Shown here in pieces: positions 10,429-20,464 of a stretch of 64,000 nucleotides of DNA (the stretch's first letter is position 1; each line of letters opens with the position of its first letter). The notes below the pieces were generated by a model. It did not search any database, was not told the DNA's origin, and was given only the letters and a program-made list of their open reading frames with translations. The DNA is taken from NCBI GenBank assembly GCA_963716175.1, contig OY970296.1, forward strand, positions 1,344,001-1,408,000. The letters run 5' to 3'. The translations under genes were made by a program, and so were the position numbers. Source of the DNA: an uncultured Armatimonadetes bacterium. GTDB taxonomy: Bacteria > Armatimonadota > Hebobacteria > Hebobacterales > Hebobacteraceae.

Positions 10429-11775
10429 CTGGACGCAGCCGCTGTGGGTGTCGGTGACTGTTCCCAAGGGCACGCCGGCCGGGGAGTACAGAGGCACGCT
10501 CGGGCTCGACCTCAGGGAGCGCGGCGGCGAGAAGCATCACTTCGAGGTGCCGATCACCATCACGGCGCGGCCCTACGCGCTCCCGGACGAGTTCCATCTC
10601 CACCACACCGAGTGGTTCTGGCCCCAGGCGGTGGCCAGGTACTACCATCTGGAGCCGTGGTCGGAGCCGCTCTGGGCCTGGATCGAGAAGGCGGCGGCGG
10701 ACCTGGCGCGCCATCACGACGACATGATCCTGACGCCGCTCTATGAGCTGGTGGAGATGAAGAAGACGCAGTCCGGGTTCCAGTTCGATTTCTCCAGGCT
10801 CGATCGCTGGGTGCGGACGTTCAAGAAGGCCGGGGTGGACTGGATCGAGGGCGCGGCATCTCGCTGGCCGCGGCGCGGGCTGGGAGAGCGATTTCGTGTG
10901 GCGGCGGATGCGAGCGCTGGGCAGCAGCGGGAAAGCGGTTGATACCTCCAGGGGCAAGCTATCGGAGGAGCAGTTCGAGCCCTATCTGGAGGCTTTCCTC
11001 AAGGCCGTGCACGCCCATCTCCAAGCAGCGGGGCTGGGCGAACCGGTACGTGCAGCACATCGCGGATGAGCCGATCGCGGCGAATGAAGAGAGCTGGTGC
11101 CATCGCGCGAGAAAGGTGCGGGGATGGCTGCCGGGGGTGAAGACGATTGACGCGGTGGAGACCGATGGCCTCGTAGGGCTGGTGGATTGGCGGGTGCCGC
11201 AGATCCAGGAGATCACGTCGGAGCGAAAGCGCAACCCGGGCGAGGACCTGTGGAGCTACACCTGCCTCGTTCCCCAGGGGCAGTATCCGAACCGGTTCCT
11301 CGACTACCCCTCCATCCGGAACCGCATTCTGTTCTGGCTCTGCTGGAGCCTGGACCTGAAGGGCTTCCTGCACTGGGGCTACAACTCGTGGCGGGCCTGG
11401 CAGGGGGTGCCGGTGGCGGTGGACGTCTCGCCCTGGATGGATGCATCGGCCGGCAGCATCTACTGCGCGGACCGGAACCCGCTGCCCGCCGGGGACCCCC
11501 ACATCGTCTATCCCGGCAAGAGCCAGATCTGCTCCAGCATCCGCTGGGAGGATGTGCGCAGGGGGTTCGAGGATTTCGAGTGCCTCTATCTGTTGGAGCA
11601 AGCCGCCGCAGCCGCACCGAGAACCCGGGAGGCACGCGCGGCGAAGGCGCTTCTGCATCGGGTGAGAACAGAGATCGCGGCCACACCGCTGCGCCATACC
11701 CGCGATGCTCGGGAACTGCTGGCGGTGCGGGAGCAGGTGGGGGCGCTGCTGGGCAAGCTGGCGGGCGAAGGGTAA
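10067..11775 (+). pseudogene. DUF4091/GH123-like glycoside hydrolase split by two frameshifts (about 10853 and 11021)
   Basis: LKAGRNETE, FDFSRLDRWV, IADEP, GFLHWGYN, SIRWE..RRGFEDFE; the intervening frame reads HLAGRGAGWESDF..FLKAVHAHL. Confidence 0.7.
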
Positions 11776-11801
11776 AGGCTGCGGCACGCGGCTGAAGAGC
11801 C

Positions 11802-11879
11802 TGTGGGAGCCTCGTCCGCGAGGCGATTGGTCCGGGCGAGGCCCCACCCCAGTATCGCCCGGAGGACCGGGCTCCCACG
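11802..11879. repeat. REP-like inverted doublet between convergent genes
   Basis: gtgggagcc...ggcgat and atcgcc...ggctcccac. Confidence 0.5.
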
Positions 11880-11930
11880 AACGGGGTCACGGCCCACCAA
11901 ACACGGTCGTATCCACCAGCGTCGGCCCGC

Positions 11931-13367
11931 CTACGGCCCTGCCGCCCGGAACCGCACCCAGCTCACCACCGCGGGGTCGGTGAGGCGGTCGCGGATGCTG
12001 CCGTAGCAGGTTACGAAGAGATCTTTCCCGGCCTGGCTGCGGGCGGGTAGGGGCAGCCCTGTGATCACCACCTTCCCTGGCGGGCCCGCCTCCACCCCGG
12101 CCTGCAGCGCCTGCGCACCGGTGGCGGCCTCCAGTCGGACGGCCTCTGTCTCCCCGCGGGAGTGCAAGTACACAGTGGTGATGACTGGCAACTGGTGCTC
12201 ATCCCAGGTGCGCAGGTCGAGGCAGAGGTAGCCGCGCTCGGGGATGCGCTTGGGGGCGGTGGTGAGTTCGGCCCGCGCCATCCCGTTGTCCGCGACCTGC
12301 AAGCGCAGCTCCTTCACTTCGGCGCCTCCCAGGCCGCGCCGCGCGGGATTCCGGTCTCGCCACTCCACGCGGGTGTGAGGAGCCAGCGTCCGGGGCGGCA
12401 GCAGCTCGAAGATCTCATCCTGGCGGGGGAAGGACAGCAGCAGGCGGTCGAAGCGAGGTGTCTGCGAGCGGTAGCTCTTCACGTCGGCCAGCTTCTGCTT
12501 GGCTTCTTCCGGGGTGAGGGGCAAGCGGTACCACTGGGCCTCGGGCCCGGACAGCTCTGGCGGCGGGAGCAGTGCCAGCTTGACGCCGCTGCGCATGGGC
12601 GCGGGATAGCGGGGCCAGTGGATGAGGTAGCCCCAGAGCTGAGCGGCCTCGGCCCAGTCCGCGCCTCTTACCGCGGCGGTGGCGAGCGCGTATCCGACGA
12701 AGCAAGCGGTCGCCCAGTGATCCGGGTGGATGTCCCGGGGGTGGGTGACGTAGATGCGGGTGGGGCGCAGCTGGTGGAGGATGGCGCTGAGATCGGAGAG
12801 CACCTGTTGGCCGCAGTAGGGGGCCTGCGGGGTGAAGGTCCGCGCGTAGGGAGAGAAGCTGACACGGGTGTAGGGCGACTGGTAGAGGTCGGAGTAGCGC
12901 CAGTGCTCTGGCCGCCAGAGGGCCACCAGGCCGTTGTTGGGGAAGCCCAGGAAGTGAACGTGGTGGGGGCTGACCCCCAGCGCGGCCAGGGCGCGCAGGC
13001 TCTCCTCCTGGCGCGTGCGGCCCAGGCTAATCATGTTGGCGGGCTTCCAGGGCAGCTCTCGTTCGCCGAGCACGACCGCCAGCTCGGAGGCGTCGCCATT
13101 GGTCATGAGCACTACGTAGACCTGGGCGCCGTTGGCGACCGCTTGCTGGATCAGGCCGCCACAGCCCAGCACCTCGTCATCGGGGTGAGGGGCGACGATC
13201 AAGATGCGGTCGTCTCTTCCGGGCGCGGGCATCTCGTCCACGAAGCCGGCCGCGCGCAGGGTGTGCTTCCACGCCAGGGAGCTCACCAGCCAGGAGCGGA
13301 AGCTGACGGCCGCAGCCGCGGCCACGATCAGGGCGATGATGATCCGGAGGCGGCGCCACCTACGCAT
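11931..13367 (-). CDS. PIG-L/LmbE family deacetylase, membrane anchored
   Basis: APHPDDE, TNGD, DIHPDH, YRSQ motifs. Confidence 0.85.
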   Translation of the reverse strand: MRRWRRLRIIIALIVAAAAAVSFRSWLVSSLAWKHTLRAAGFVDEMPAPGRDDRILIVAPHPDDEVLGCGGLIQQAVANGAQVYVVLMTNGDASELAVVLGERELPWKPANMISLGRTRQEESLRALAALGVSPHHVHFLGFPNNGLVALWRPEHWRYSDLYQSPYTRVSFSPYARTFTPQAPYCGQQVLSDLSAILHQLRPTRIYVTHPRDIHPDHWATACFVGYALATAAVRGADWAEAAQLWGYLIHWPRYPAPMRSGVKLALLPPPELSGPEAQWYRLPLTPEEAKQKLADVKSYRSQTPRFDRLLLSFPRQDEIFELLPPRTLAPHTRVEWRDRNPARRGLGGAEVKELRLQVADNGMARAELTTAPKRIPERGYLCLDLRTWDEHQLPVITTVYLHSRGETEAVRLEAATGAQALQAGVEAGPPGKVVITGLPLPARSQAGKDLFVTCYGSIRDRLTDPAVVSWVRFRAAGP

Positions 13368-14011
13368 CTTGAAGTGCTGCCTCGCGGAACTGAAGCGTCA
13401 TGACCTCCCAGGGGCCGCGGCTGTCCTCGAATTGGCCGACCACGCGGAAGCCGATCCGCTGGTAGAGCCGGCGCGCGGGCTGGTTCTCCGGGCGGACTTC
13501 CAGCCGCACGCAGTCATATCCTCGCGCGGAGCCGGGAGAGGGCGAACCGCAGCAGGCCGGCTCCCAGACCGCGGCCCTGCCAGGCCGGGTCCACTGCAAG
13601 CGAGAGGATGCGGGGACAGTCCGCCCCGGGCAGGCGGCCGGCGCGCCAGAAGCTGAGCTTGTCGGCCAGCAGTCGCCGCACCGCGGCCAGGGGGAGGTGA
13701 TAGCGGCCCCACAGCCAACGCCAGAGCCAGACCAGAGGCAGACCGCGCGCCAGGCTGATGCGCCGCAGACGGCCCAGGTCACAGGGCGCGATGACATAGC
13801 CGACGATCCTGCCCTCCGGCCTGGCTTCGGCCAGGCTGATCGAGTCCGGCTCGGCCAGCAGACACGCCCCCGCCAGATCGGCAATCGCCTGCGCCGAGAG
13901 CGCGGGCGCGTGCAATTGCTCCAGGGTGATGCTGAAGGCGCGCAGGTACACCTGGCCTACAGCCGGCAGGTCCTGCTTGGCGGCTATGCGGTAGGTTACG
14001 TTAGAGCGCAT
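13360..14011 (-). pseudogene. GNAT acetyltransferase, frameshifted at about 13522
   Basis: LAVDPAWQGRGLGAGLL in one frame; LEVRPENQPARRLYQRIGF in the next. Confidence 0.7.
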
Positions 14012-14267
14012 TTCATAACCTACCGGCTGGCTGGCCGCACCACGCCCTCGCATGAAATGCGCCTGCCACGGCCTGACGTTGTGCAGTGCTGTTTCATAAC
14101 CTCCCCTGGGAAGGGTATGAAACAGCTTCTAAGGAGCGTCGCCGAATGAAGTAACACGGCGAAGCTCAAGAGGCGGCCCACACAGGCACAGGGCGATGTC
14201 CGCACATTACTTCGTTGTGCGAACATCATTAGTCATCGCATGGCGATGGCAGGCCGACGCGAACGCG

Positions 14268-15446
14268 TCAGGAGGCGCCCACCTGGCGCACCTTGACGAA
14301 CTCGCCGGTCTCGGCAGACTCCTTGGCAGCCAGGCAGGCATAGATGCTCTGAAGGCCGGCCCAGATCGGAGTGCGGGAGGCGGCCTTGCCCTGGATCAGG
14401 TCTATGAAGTTGTAGGCCAGCACCAGGTTGCCGCCGAAGTGGCTGAGCCCTTCTCCCCCGACGACTCTTTCGCTGAAGGGCGCGTGGTGGCGCACTCGCT
14501 TCAGGTCGTTGGTGTACCAGTCGAAGCCGACGGTGCCATGATAGCCGCTGATGGTGGCTCCCCGGGCGCCGGCGTCGCGGCGGGTGTAGAAGACCTGAGT
14601 GTAGGCCCCATGAGCGCCGGAGGCGAACTCGACCAGGGCGCTGGAGGAATCCTCGTTCATCCCGGTCCCCGGTGAGCCGATGTCTACGCCGAAGAGGCAC
14701 GGGTGGTCGCGCCGGGTGCCGCCGGAGAGGTTTCGCCTGCGATTCTCCGGGCTCTCCAGGCAGGTGTCGGCCTCATCGCACTGCGAGCAGACCAGGCCCA
14801 CCGGCTTGCTGCCTCCGAAGATGCGGCCATAGCAGGCCATCGCCCCCACGCGCACGATGTTCGCCCCCATCAGGTACATCATATAGTCGAAATCATGGGT
14901 CGCCTTCTGGATGAACAGGCCCTGCGTGATCTCGAACTGGCGATATTGGCCATCGAAGTAGCCGGTGCCATAAGGCACGTAGTTCACGGCCGTGATGTGC
15001 TCCGGGTTGCCCACCGCGCCGTCGGCGAGGTACTGGTGCGCCAGTTCGCAGAGTGGGGAGACGCGCAGAGGGAAGCTCACCACCACCTGGCACTTCGACT
15101 TCTCGAAGCCCCGCTCGAGCTGGCGCGCCTGCTCCATGGTGTTGGAGACCGGCTTCTCCAGGAAGAGGGGAAGATCATACTTGGCGGCCTGGATAGCATA
15201 CGGGGTGTGCAGATGGCAGCGGGTGCCGACGGCCAGGGCATCGAGCTTCGCCTTCTGCACCATCTCGTCCAGGCTCGGGTAGAAGGTGACGCCCTCCCGA
15301 TCGCATTCGTCCAGCCGGGAGCGAGCGCGACCCTCGTCGGGGTCAACGATCCCCACCACCCGCAGCTCGGGCGCCACCTCCCGCATGGGGTCGTTGATCA
15401 TGTTGCTGATACGCGAACCGAATCCTACTACACCCAACCTGATCAT
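14268..15446 (-). CDS. Gfo/Idh/MocA oxidoreductase
   Basis: GVVGFG, LEKP, QKATHDFD; Cys-rich insert. Confidence 0.85.
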   Translation of the reverse strand: MIRLGVVGFGSRISNMINDPMREVAPELRVVGIVDPDEGRARSRLDECDREGVTFYPSLDEMVQKAKLDALAVGTRCHLHTPYAIQAAKYDLPLFLEKPVSNTMEQARQLERGFEKSKCQVVVSFPLRVSPLCELAHQYLADGAVGNPEHITAVNYVPYGTGYFDGQYRQFEITQGLFIQKATHDFDYMMYLMGANIVRVGAMACYGRIFGGSKPVGLVCSQCDEADTCLESPENRRRNLSGGTRRDHPCLFGVDIGSPGTGMNEDSSSALVEFASGAHGAYTQVFYTRRDAGARGATISGYHGTVGFDWYTNDLKRVRHHAPFSERVVGGEGLSHFGGNLVLAYNFIDLIQGKAASRTPIWAGLQSIYACLAAKESAETGEFVKVRQVGAS

Positions 15447-15540
15447 GTGTCCCTTCCTGACAGCTACTGCCTATTCCATTAGCCGCGCCGAAGCGCGGTT
15501 CCTGTTGGGGGGGCATGAGAGCGACCGCGGAGCGAAGCAA

Positions 15541-15583
15541 GTGAGCCGCGAGGGCTTCGAACCCCCGGCCTCGGGATTAAGAG
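15541..15583 (-). repeat. Diverged 3' half of tRNA-Lys (att-like site)
   Basis: 33/43 identical to the tRNA at 20206-20248; similarity starts at the anticodon loop CTCTTAA. Confidence 0.75.
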
Positions 15584-16015
15584 ATCGCCGCCGGAGGCGT
15601 CTCCTCTGCGGATTGGCGATCCACAGAGTCCCCTTGCTCTGCCCTGAGCAGTGCCCTGGAACAGACACACGGGATTCAGCTAGGTTTTTCCTACCTTTTC
15701 TTGAGGTAGGTTCTGCTACTAGATGGTCCGACCTGGACGGTCGCTGGTCCTTGTGTGGCCACTGGAATGATGGGCAGAATCAGGTCGAATCCTATGGTCC
15801 TCCGCTGAGAGTTGCAGCCTGCCCCGAATTGGGCTAGACTGGCAGCATGCAGGGCGGGTCTCGCCTGCCAACCTTGCAGGTGGGTGGCGTTCTGCCGATG
15901 CGTACAGAGGGGCCCGATGGCTGTCTCGGGATCTTGGGACCCCCTGCTCGGCTGGAAGCTGAGCTGGCATAGGCATCAGGTGTCGTCTGAAACCCTGCTG
16001 CGGGAGGCGATAGCG

Positions 16016-17109
16016 GTGCGATTGCACATTCAGGACCCGACGGACGAGCAAGCGCCCTTCCTTCATGAGAAAATACTGGAGCTGTGCCAGGGCGCGACGC
16101 ACGGGGCTGGTGCCTTCGGTTTCGTGACTCGCGAGGGCGTAGACCTCCTGCTGAGGGATGAGGTGTTCAGGAGGTTTGCCAAACGAGGTACATTCAGTCT
16201 AGTTGTCGGGATTGATGGAGTGACGGATCTGCGGGCCCTGGCTTCGCTTCAGGAGGCGAGTGGCGGGCTGCCTGGGCTGACGACTAGGGTGTTCTACCAC
16301 GATCTCCCGCAGCCGGTGTTCCACCCCAAGTTCTGCTGGTTCAGGCACAGGAGAAGGGGGTTCCTTGTCACTGGTTCGGGCAACCTAACCGCCAGGGGAC
16401 TGCGAGCTAACTGGGAAGCGTTCGCCGTCGACGAGCTTGACGTCAAAGAAACCAAGGCACTAGAGATACAGTGGACGCGGTGGGTTGCGCTCCATGGTGC
16501 TCGCTTGAGGCCCTTGGATGATGCGGAGGTGCTCGCCCGGGTTGCCCAGAACGTACGCAGGCCGGCACGTGGGCGTCGTGGACTCGCCGCGAGGAGGAGG
16601 AGTTAGAGGCCGAGGAGGCACCCGTCGTCGGGCCGTCTCCGTCCGGCCGGGTGCTGATCGCGGAGATACCACGTGCGGGAGGACGCTGGAAGCAGGCGAA
16701 CTTCGACCTGCGCACCTTCCGCGGGTTCTTCGGTGTGCGACCTGACACGGTGCGGAGGGTGGTACTGCAACACGTTGACGAGTCCGGCGAGTTGGGGGCA
16801 CTCGAAAGCCGCCAGAGCGTGTCAGTCAGGAGCCAGAACTACCGGTTCGAATTGGCCGCTGCGGCTGGATTGCAGTATCCAGTAGCAGGTCGCCCCATAG
16901 CGGTGTTCGTGGAGATTGCCCCGCGCACTTACAGGTACCGGCTCCTGATGCCCGGTGATCCTCGTTATCGGACGGCAGATGCCCTCTTGCGTCGGGAGTG
17001 GAAAGGCCGGCGCGACCGAATGCGCCGTGTGATCAGCACTACGGACTTGCTGTGGCAAGCTTGGCCAGACTCGCCGCTCTGGCGGATGCCGCTGGAGGTC
17101 GACGATTAG
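16016..17109 (+). pseudogene. PLD-family nuclease (putative restriction endonuclease), frameshifted at about 16590
   Basis: FHPKFCWF..TGSGNLT; GGAGG RBS before GTG 16016; second frame continues EEEELEAEE..VLIAEIPR. Confidence 0.7.
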
Positions 17110-17125
17110 AGTGCAAGGTGTCTTC

Positions 17126-18532
17126 ATGTCCGGACAGGCCGCTTTCGACTTCGGAAACGCGAAGGAAGCCGCGTCGCCAGGGGAGCGGCCGAGGCCGAGG
17201 GTTCGGGGTCCGTTGCGCCCTATCCACTATCTGGGAAGCAAGCTTCGTATTGTCGGTCTAATCCGAGAAGCCGTTGACGCGGTCGATGCTTCCGGCGGTC
17301 CCGTCTGCGATCTCTTCGCTGGTTCGGGCACAGTCTCGCGGGGGCTGTGTGCTTCTCGCGAAGTCGTAGCGGTCGATATCCAGGAGTACTCGAGGGTGCT
17401 CTGTTCGGCCCTACTTAACACCCCTGACATAGCGAAGGACGCGGCGGAGCATCTCGTGAGCAGGGCACTCTCGTCGGATCACGCTCGTCGGCTCTCTCGG
17501 GCAGTCGAGCCGATGGTTAGCTACGAGGAGAGTTGTCTGCATCGAGCTGGTGGCGGCGATGTGGACCCGCTGTGTGAGCTGCTCGAACACGCATCTATCG
17601 TCTCATTCCAGCTGAGCGCGGAGTGTATCAGGAACACGGAGTTGTCCTCGGCCTTGGACGAGACCGTCTCGCGACTGCGGGAGGCCGGCTTGGAGGATAC
17701 ACCGGGCGCAATGACAACGCGGTACTTCGGCGGGGTCTACTTCTCATACTCCCAGGCGTCACACATGGACATGCTACTTGAGGCCGTGGCGGGGGTTCCG
17801 CTTTCCGAAAGAGACGTCTTCTTGGCCGCGGTCCTGAGCACGGCGAGTCAGGCCGTCAACACTGTAGGCAAGCAATTTGCGCAGCCGATCCGTCCGCGGT
17901 ATTCGGATGGCAGGCCAAAGCGGAACCTCGCTGGACGGATCGCTCGCGATCGGGCGATCAGCGTGGCCAAGGCATTTGCGACCTGGGCGGCGCGGTATCT
18001 GGCCCTGGGACCGTCAGGCCGCAACCATCGCGTGATCCGGAGCGACTACGCAGACGCTCTGGACACTTTGGAGGGCCAAGTGAGCGTTGTGTATGCGGAT
18101 CCGCCATACACTCGTGATCACTACAGCAGGTACTACCATGTGCTTGAAACGCTCTGCCTCCGTGACTGCCCGGCGCTCTCAACTGTGCGGGTGCGTGGCG
18201 ATGAGCGGATAAGCAGGGGCATATACCGAGCCGGTCGGTACCAGTCTCCGTTCTGTATCAAGTCGGAAGCTCCACGTGCCTTCTCCACGCTCTTCTCGAA
18301 GGTGCGACGCTTAGGCGTTCCCCTGGTCCTGTCCTACTCCCCGTTTGAGAAGGATAGGGGTGCGAGGCCGCGACTGATGGCCGTCGAGGAGATTGCGGAG
18401 CTAGCGTGCAGCTCATTCAGTTCGATCGAGATCGTTTCCGCCGGAAGGATAGCACATAGCAAGTTGAACCGGTCGGACGTGAACAAGGCCACTTCCCATG
18501 ATGCAGAGAAGCTCCTCATCTGTAGGCCCTAG
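17126..18532 (+). CDS. DNA adenine methyltransferase (alpha order, D12-like)
   Basis: YLGSK, DLFAGSG (motif I) precedes YADPPY (motif IV). Confidence 0.85.
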   Translation: MSGQAAFDFGNAKEAASPGERPRPRVRGPLRPIHYLGSKLRIVGLIREAVDAVDASGGPVCDLFAGSGTVSRGLCASREVVAVDIQEYSRVLCSALLNTPDIAKDAAEHLVSRALSSDHARRLSRAVEPMVSYEESCLHRAGGGDVDPLCELLEHASIVSFQLSAECIRNTELSSALDETVSRLREAGLEDTPGAMTTRYFGGVYFSYSQASHMDMLLEAVAGVPLSERDVFLAAVLSTASQAVNTVGKQFAQPIRPRYSDGRPKRNLAGRIARDRAISVAKAFATWAARYLALGPSGRNHRVIRSDYADALDTLEGQVSVVYADPPYTRDHYSRYYHVLETLCLRDCPALSTVRVRGDERISRGIYRAGRYQSPFCIKSEAPRAFSTLFSKVRRLGVPLVLSYSPFEKDRGARPRLMAVEEIAELACSSFSSIEIVSAGRIAHSKLNRSDVNKATSHDAEKLLICRP

Positions 18533-18542
18533 TGTGGGGACA

Positions 18543-19718
18543 ATGACGGAACACGCTATGTGGTCGTCGCTCCAACGCGGCCTCCGCGCTGCGGGCTTCG
18601 TGCGTGTTCCTGAGCTGGGATACGGAAGGCGCGGCGCTGGCAACATCGTTGTACAGGCCGATAACGCTGACGTGCTGAAAGCGATCACACCAGCCGCTTC
18701 CGGGCAGATCCGCTGCGTCTACATTGATCCTCCGTACAACAATCGCGAGCAGTACACTCACTACGGGGACGCTCTCAGCCATGAGGCGTGGCTCGACGGG
18801 GTCACCTCGCGGCTTGGGTACCTCGCACAGCTGCTGCGTGGGGACGGTAGCCTTTGGATTTCCATCGACGACAGAGAGATGCATTACCTGAAGGTGGCCG
18901 CCGATGAGATTCTGGGTGCACAGAGCTTCGTGACCACCATTATCTGGGAACAGCGGACGACTCGTGAGAACCGTAGAGCGTTCTCAAACAACCATGAGTA
19001 CCTGCTCGTCTATGCGAGGGACCCACTTGCGTTTCGGCGGACCCGTAACCTGCTGGACTTCACGTCGGAGGCGCGAAGTCGCTACAAGAACCCAGACAGT
19101 GACCCGCGGGGACCGTGGCAGTCGGTCTCCGCGAACGTGCAAGATGGTCACGCCACGCGGGCGCAGTTCTACGAGGTCATCTCGCCAAGCGGCAGGCGCC
19201 ATGCCCCCCCAAAGGGCAGGTGCTGGGTCTATAGCAACGAGAAGATGCAGGAGGAGATCGCCAGGAACAACATCTGGTTTGGTAGCGACGGAAATGGTGT
19301 ACCAAGGCGGAAAGTGTTCCTGCATAGCAGGGGCAAGGGGCTTACGCCTCATACCCTCTGGCTGGCATCTGAAGTCGGAACAAGCAAGTCTGCGAAGAAG
19401 CACCTATTGCAGATGTTCCCGCACGAACCCGTCTTCGATACCCCCAAACCGGAGGAACTAATCCATCGAATCCTCCGTATCGGCACCAATCCGGGGGACT
19501 TCGTTCTCGATGCCTACTTAGGTTCGGGGACAACAGCGGCAGTTGCGCACAAGATGGGACGGCGGTACATCGGTATCGAGTTGGGGGACCATGCGATAAC
19601 GCACTGCGTCCACCGGCTTCGACTCGTCGTTGACGGCGAGGCGGGAGGCGTATCCAATCTGGTCGGCTGGAAAGGAGGCGGCGGGTTCCAGTTCTTCAGA
19701 CGGGGTGTGGCTCAATGA
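18543..19718 (+). CDS. Site-specific DNA methyltransferase (beta order, Mod-like)
   Basis: YIDPPY precedes TPKPE and LDAYLGSGTTAAVAHKMGRRYIGIE. Confidence 0.88.
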   Translation: MTEHAMWSSLQRGLRAAGFVRVPELGYGRRGAGNIVVQADNADVLKAITPAASGQIRCVYIDPPYNNREQYTHYGDALSHEAWLDGVTSRLGYLAQLLRGDGSLWISIDDREMHYLKVAADEILGAQSFVTTIIWEQRTTRENRRAFSNNHEYLLVYARDPLAFRRTRNLLDFTSEARSRYKNPDSDPRGPWQSVSANVQDGHATRAQFYEVISPSGRRHAPPKGRCWVYSNEKMQEEIARNNIWFGSDGNGVPRRKVFLHSRGKGLTPHTLWLASEVGTSKSAKKHLLQMFPHEPVFDTPKPEELIHRILRIGTNPGDFVLDAYLGSGTTAAVAHKMGRRYIGIELGDHAITHCVHRLRLVVDGEAGGVSNLVGWKGGGGFQFFRRGVAQ

Positions 19719-20203
19719 GGAGGTATCCGGTCCGCGTCTCCCTGGGCAGGATGTCACCGGTGCTCTTGCCGTTCGGTCTTTCCTCCGACGATCCCAAGGG
19801 TGCAGCTGCCGAGGGTTCGTCGTAGGTTACCGAGCAGCCATGGCCGCCGCTAAGATCCCAGGGTCCGAGCGGCGTCGCGATGCCTTCGGTGTGACATCAC
19901 ATCGACGTGGCCAGGAATCTCCGGGGAGACCTCAGATCGGGCCACGCAGGGGTGGAGCCGTTAGGGCGGTAGGAAAACGAAGGGGCGGGGCACTCGTGCT
20001 GACATACCCCGCCCCTGGGTCTGCTGACTAGGCAGCCCGCCTCATCTTCGCAATGAGCTTTGAGGCGCCGTCTCTGGTCCTGAGGATCTTCAGCATCTGG
20101 TCAGTTGCGTTGTCTTCGAGGGCATTCCTGAGCGCGGGGTGTCGGAGACAGGCCGTGTAGCAGTCGCTGGATGGTAGGAGATCGCCGCTGTTGTCGCGAT
20201 GTG

Positions 20204-20279
20204 TGGTGAGCCGTGCAGGGATCGAACCTGCGACCTGAGGATTAAGAGTCCCCTGCTCTGCCAACTGAGCTAACGGCCC
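20204..20279 (-). tRNA. tRNA-Lys(CTT)
   Basis: 76 nt GGGCCGTTAGCTCAG...CTCTTAA...GGTTCGATCC...CCA; all stems pair. Confidence 0.96.
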
Positions 20280-20321
20280 ACACAGGCGCGGAGTCCGCAG
20301 CGCGGACTCCGCAGGTCCATC

Positions 20322-20350
20322 AGCCTAACATAGCGATAGCCCAGCGTCAA
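20322..20350 (-). promoter_or_regulatory. Promoter for tRNA-Lys
   Basis: TTGACG-17-TAGGCT. Confidence 0.5.
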
Positions 20351-20464
20351 GCGAGAGCGAGATCGGTTTCGGGACTGAAGTCCCGAAACACCGAGGGGCA
20401 GGAGGCAATCCGCCTTCGCCGAGGCTTCGGCGGACAAGGCTCCTGCCCAACATGCACTACAAGT

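Larger units (their letters stand above)
15541..20279. mobile_element. tRNA-Lys-anchored genomic islet without integrase, carrying restriction-modification-like genes
   Basis: Bounded by the tRNA and its displaced 3' fragment; visibly lower GC and atypical codon usage. Confidence 0.7.

Noticed and set aside
18543-19718. Type III restriction-modification system
   Set aside because: The MTase is Mod-like, but no Res helicase gene is present in the islet
20028-20264. 78-aa ORF at the islet edge as an integrase or excisionase
   Set aside because: It starts inside the tRNA and has no recombinase motifs; at most a gene remnant
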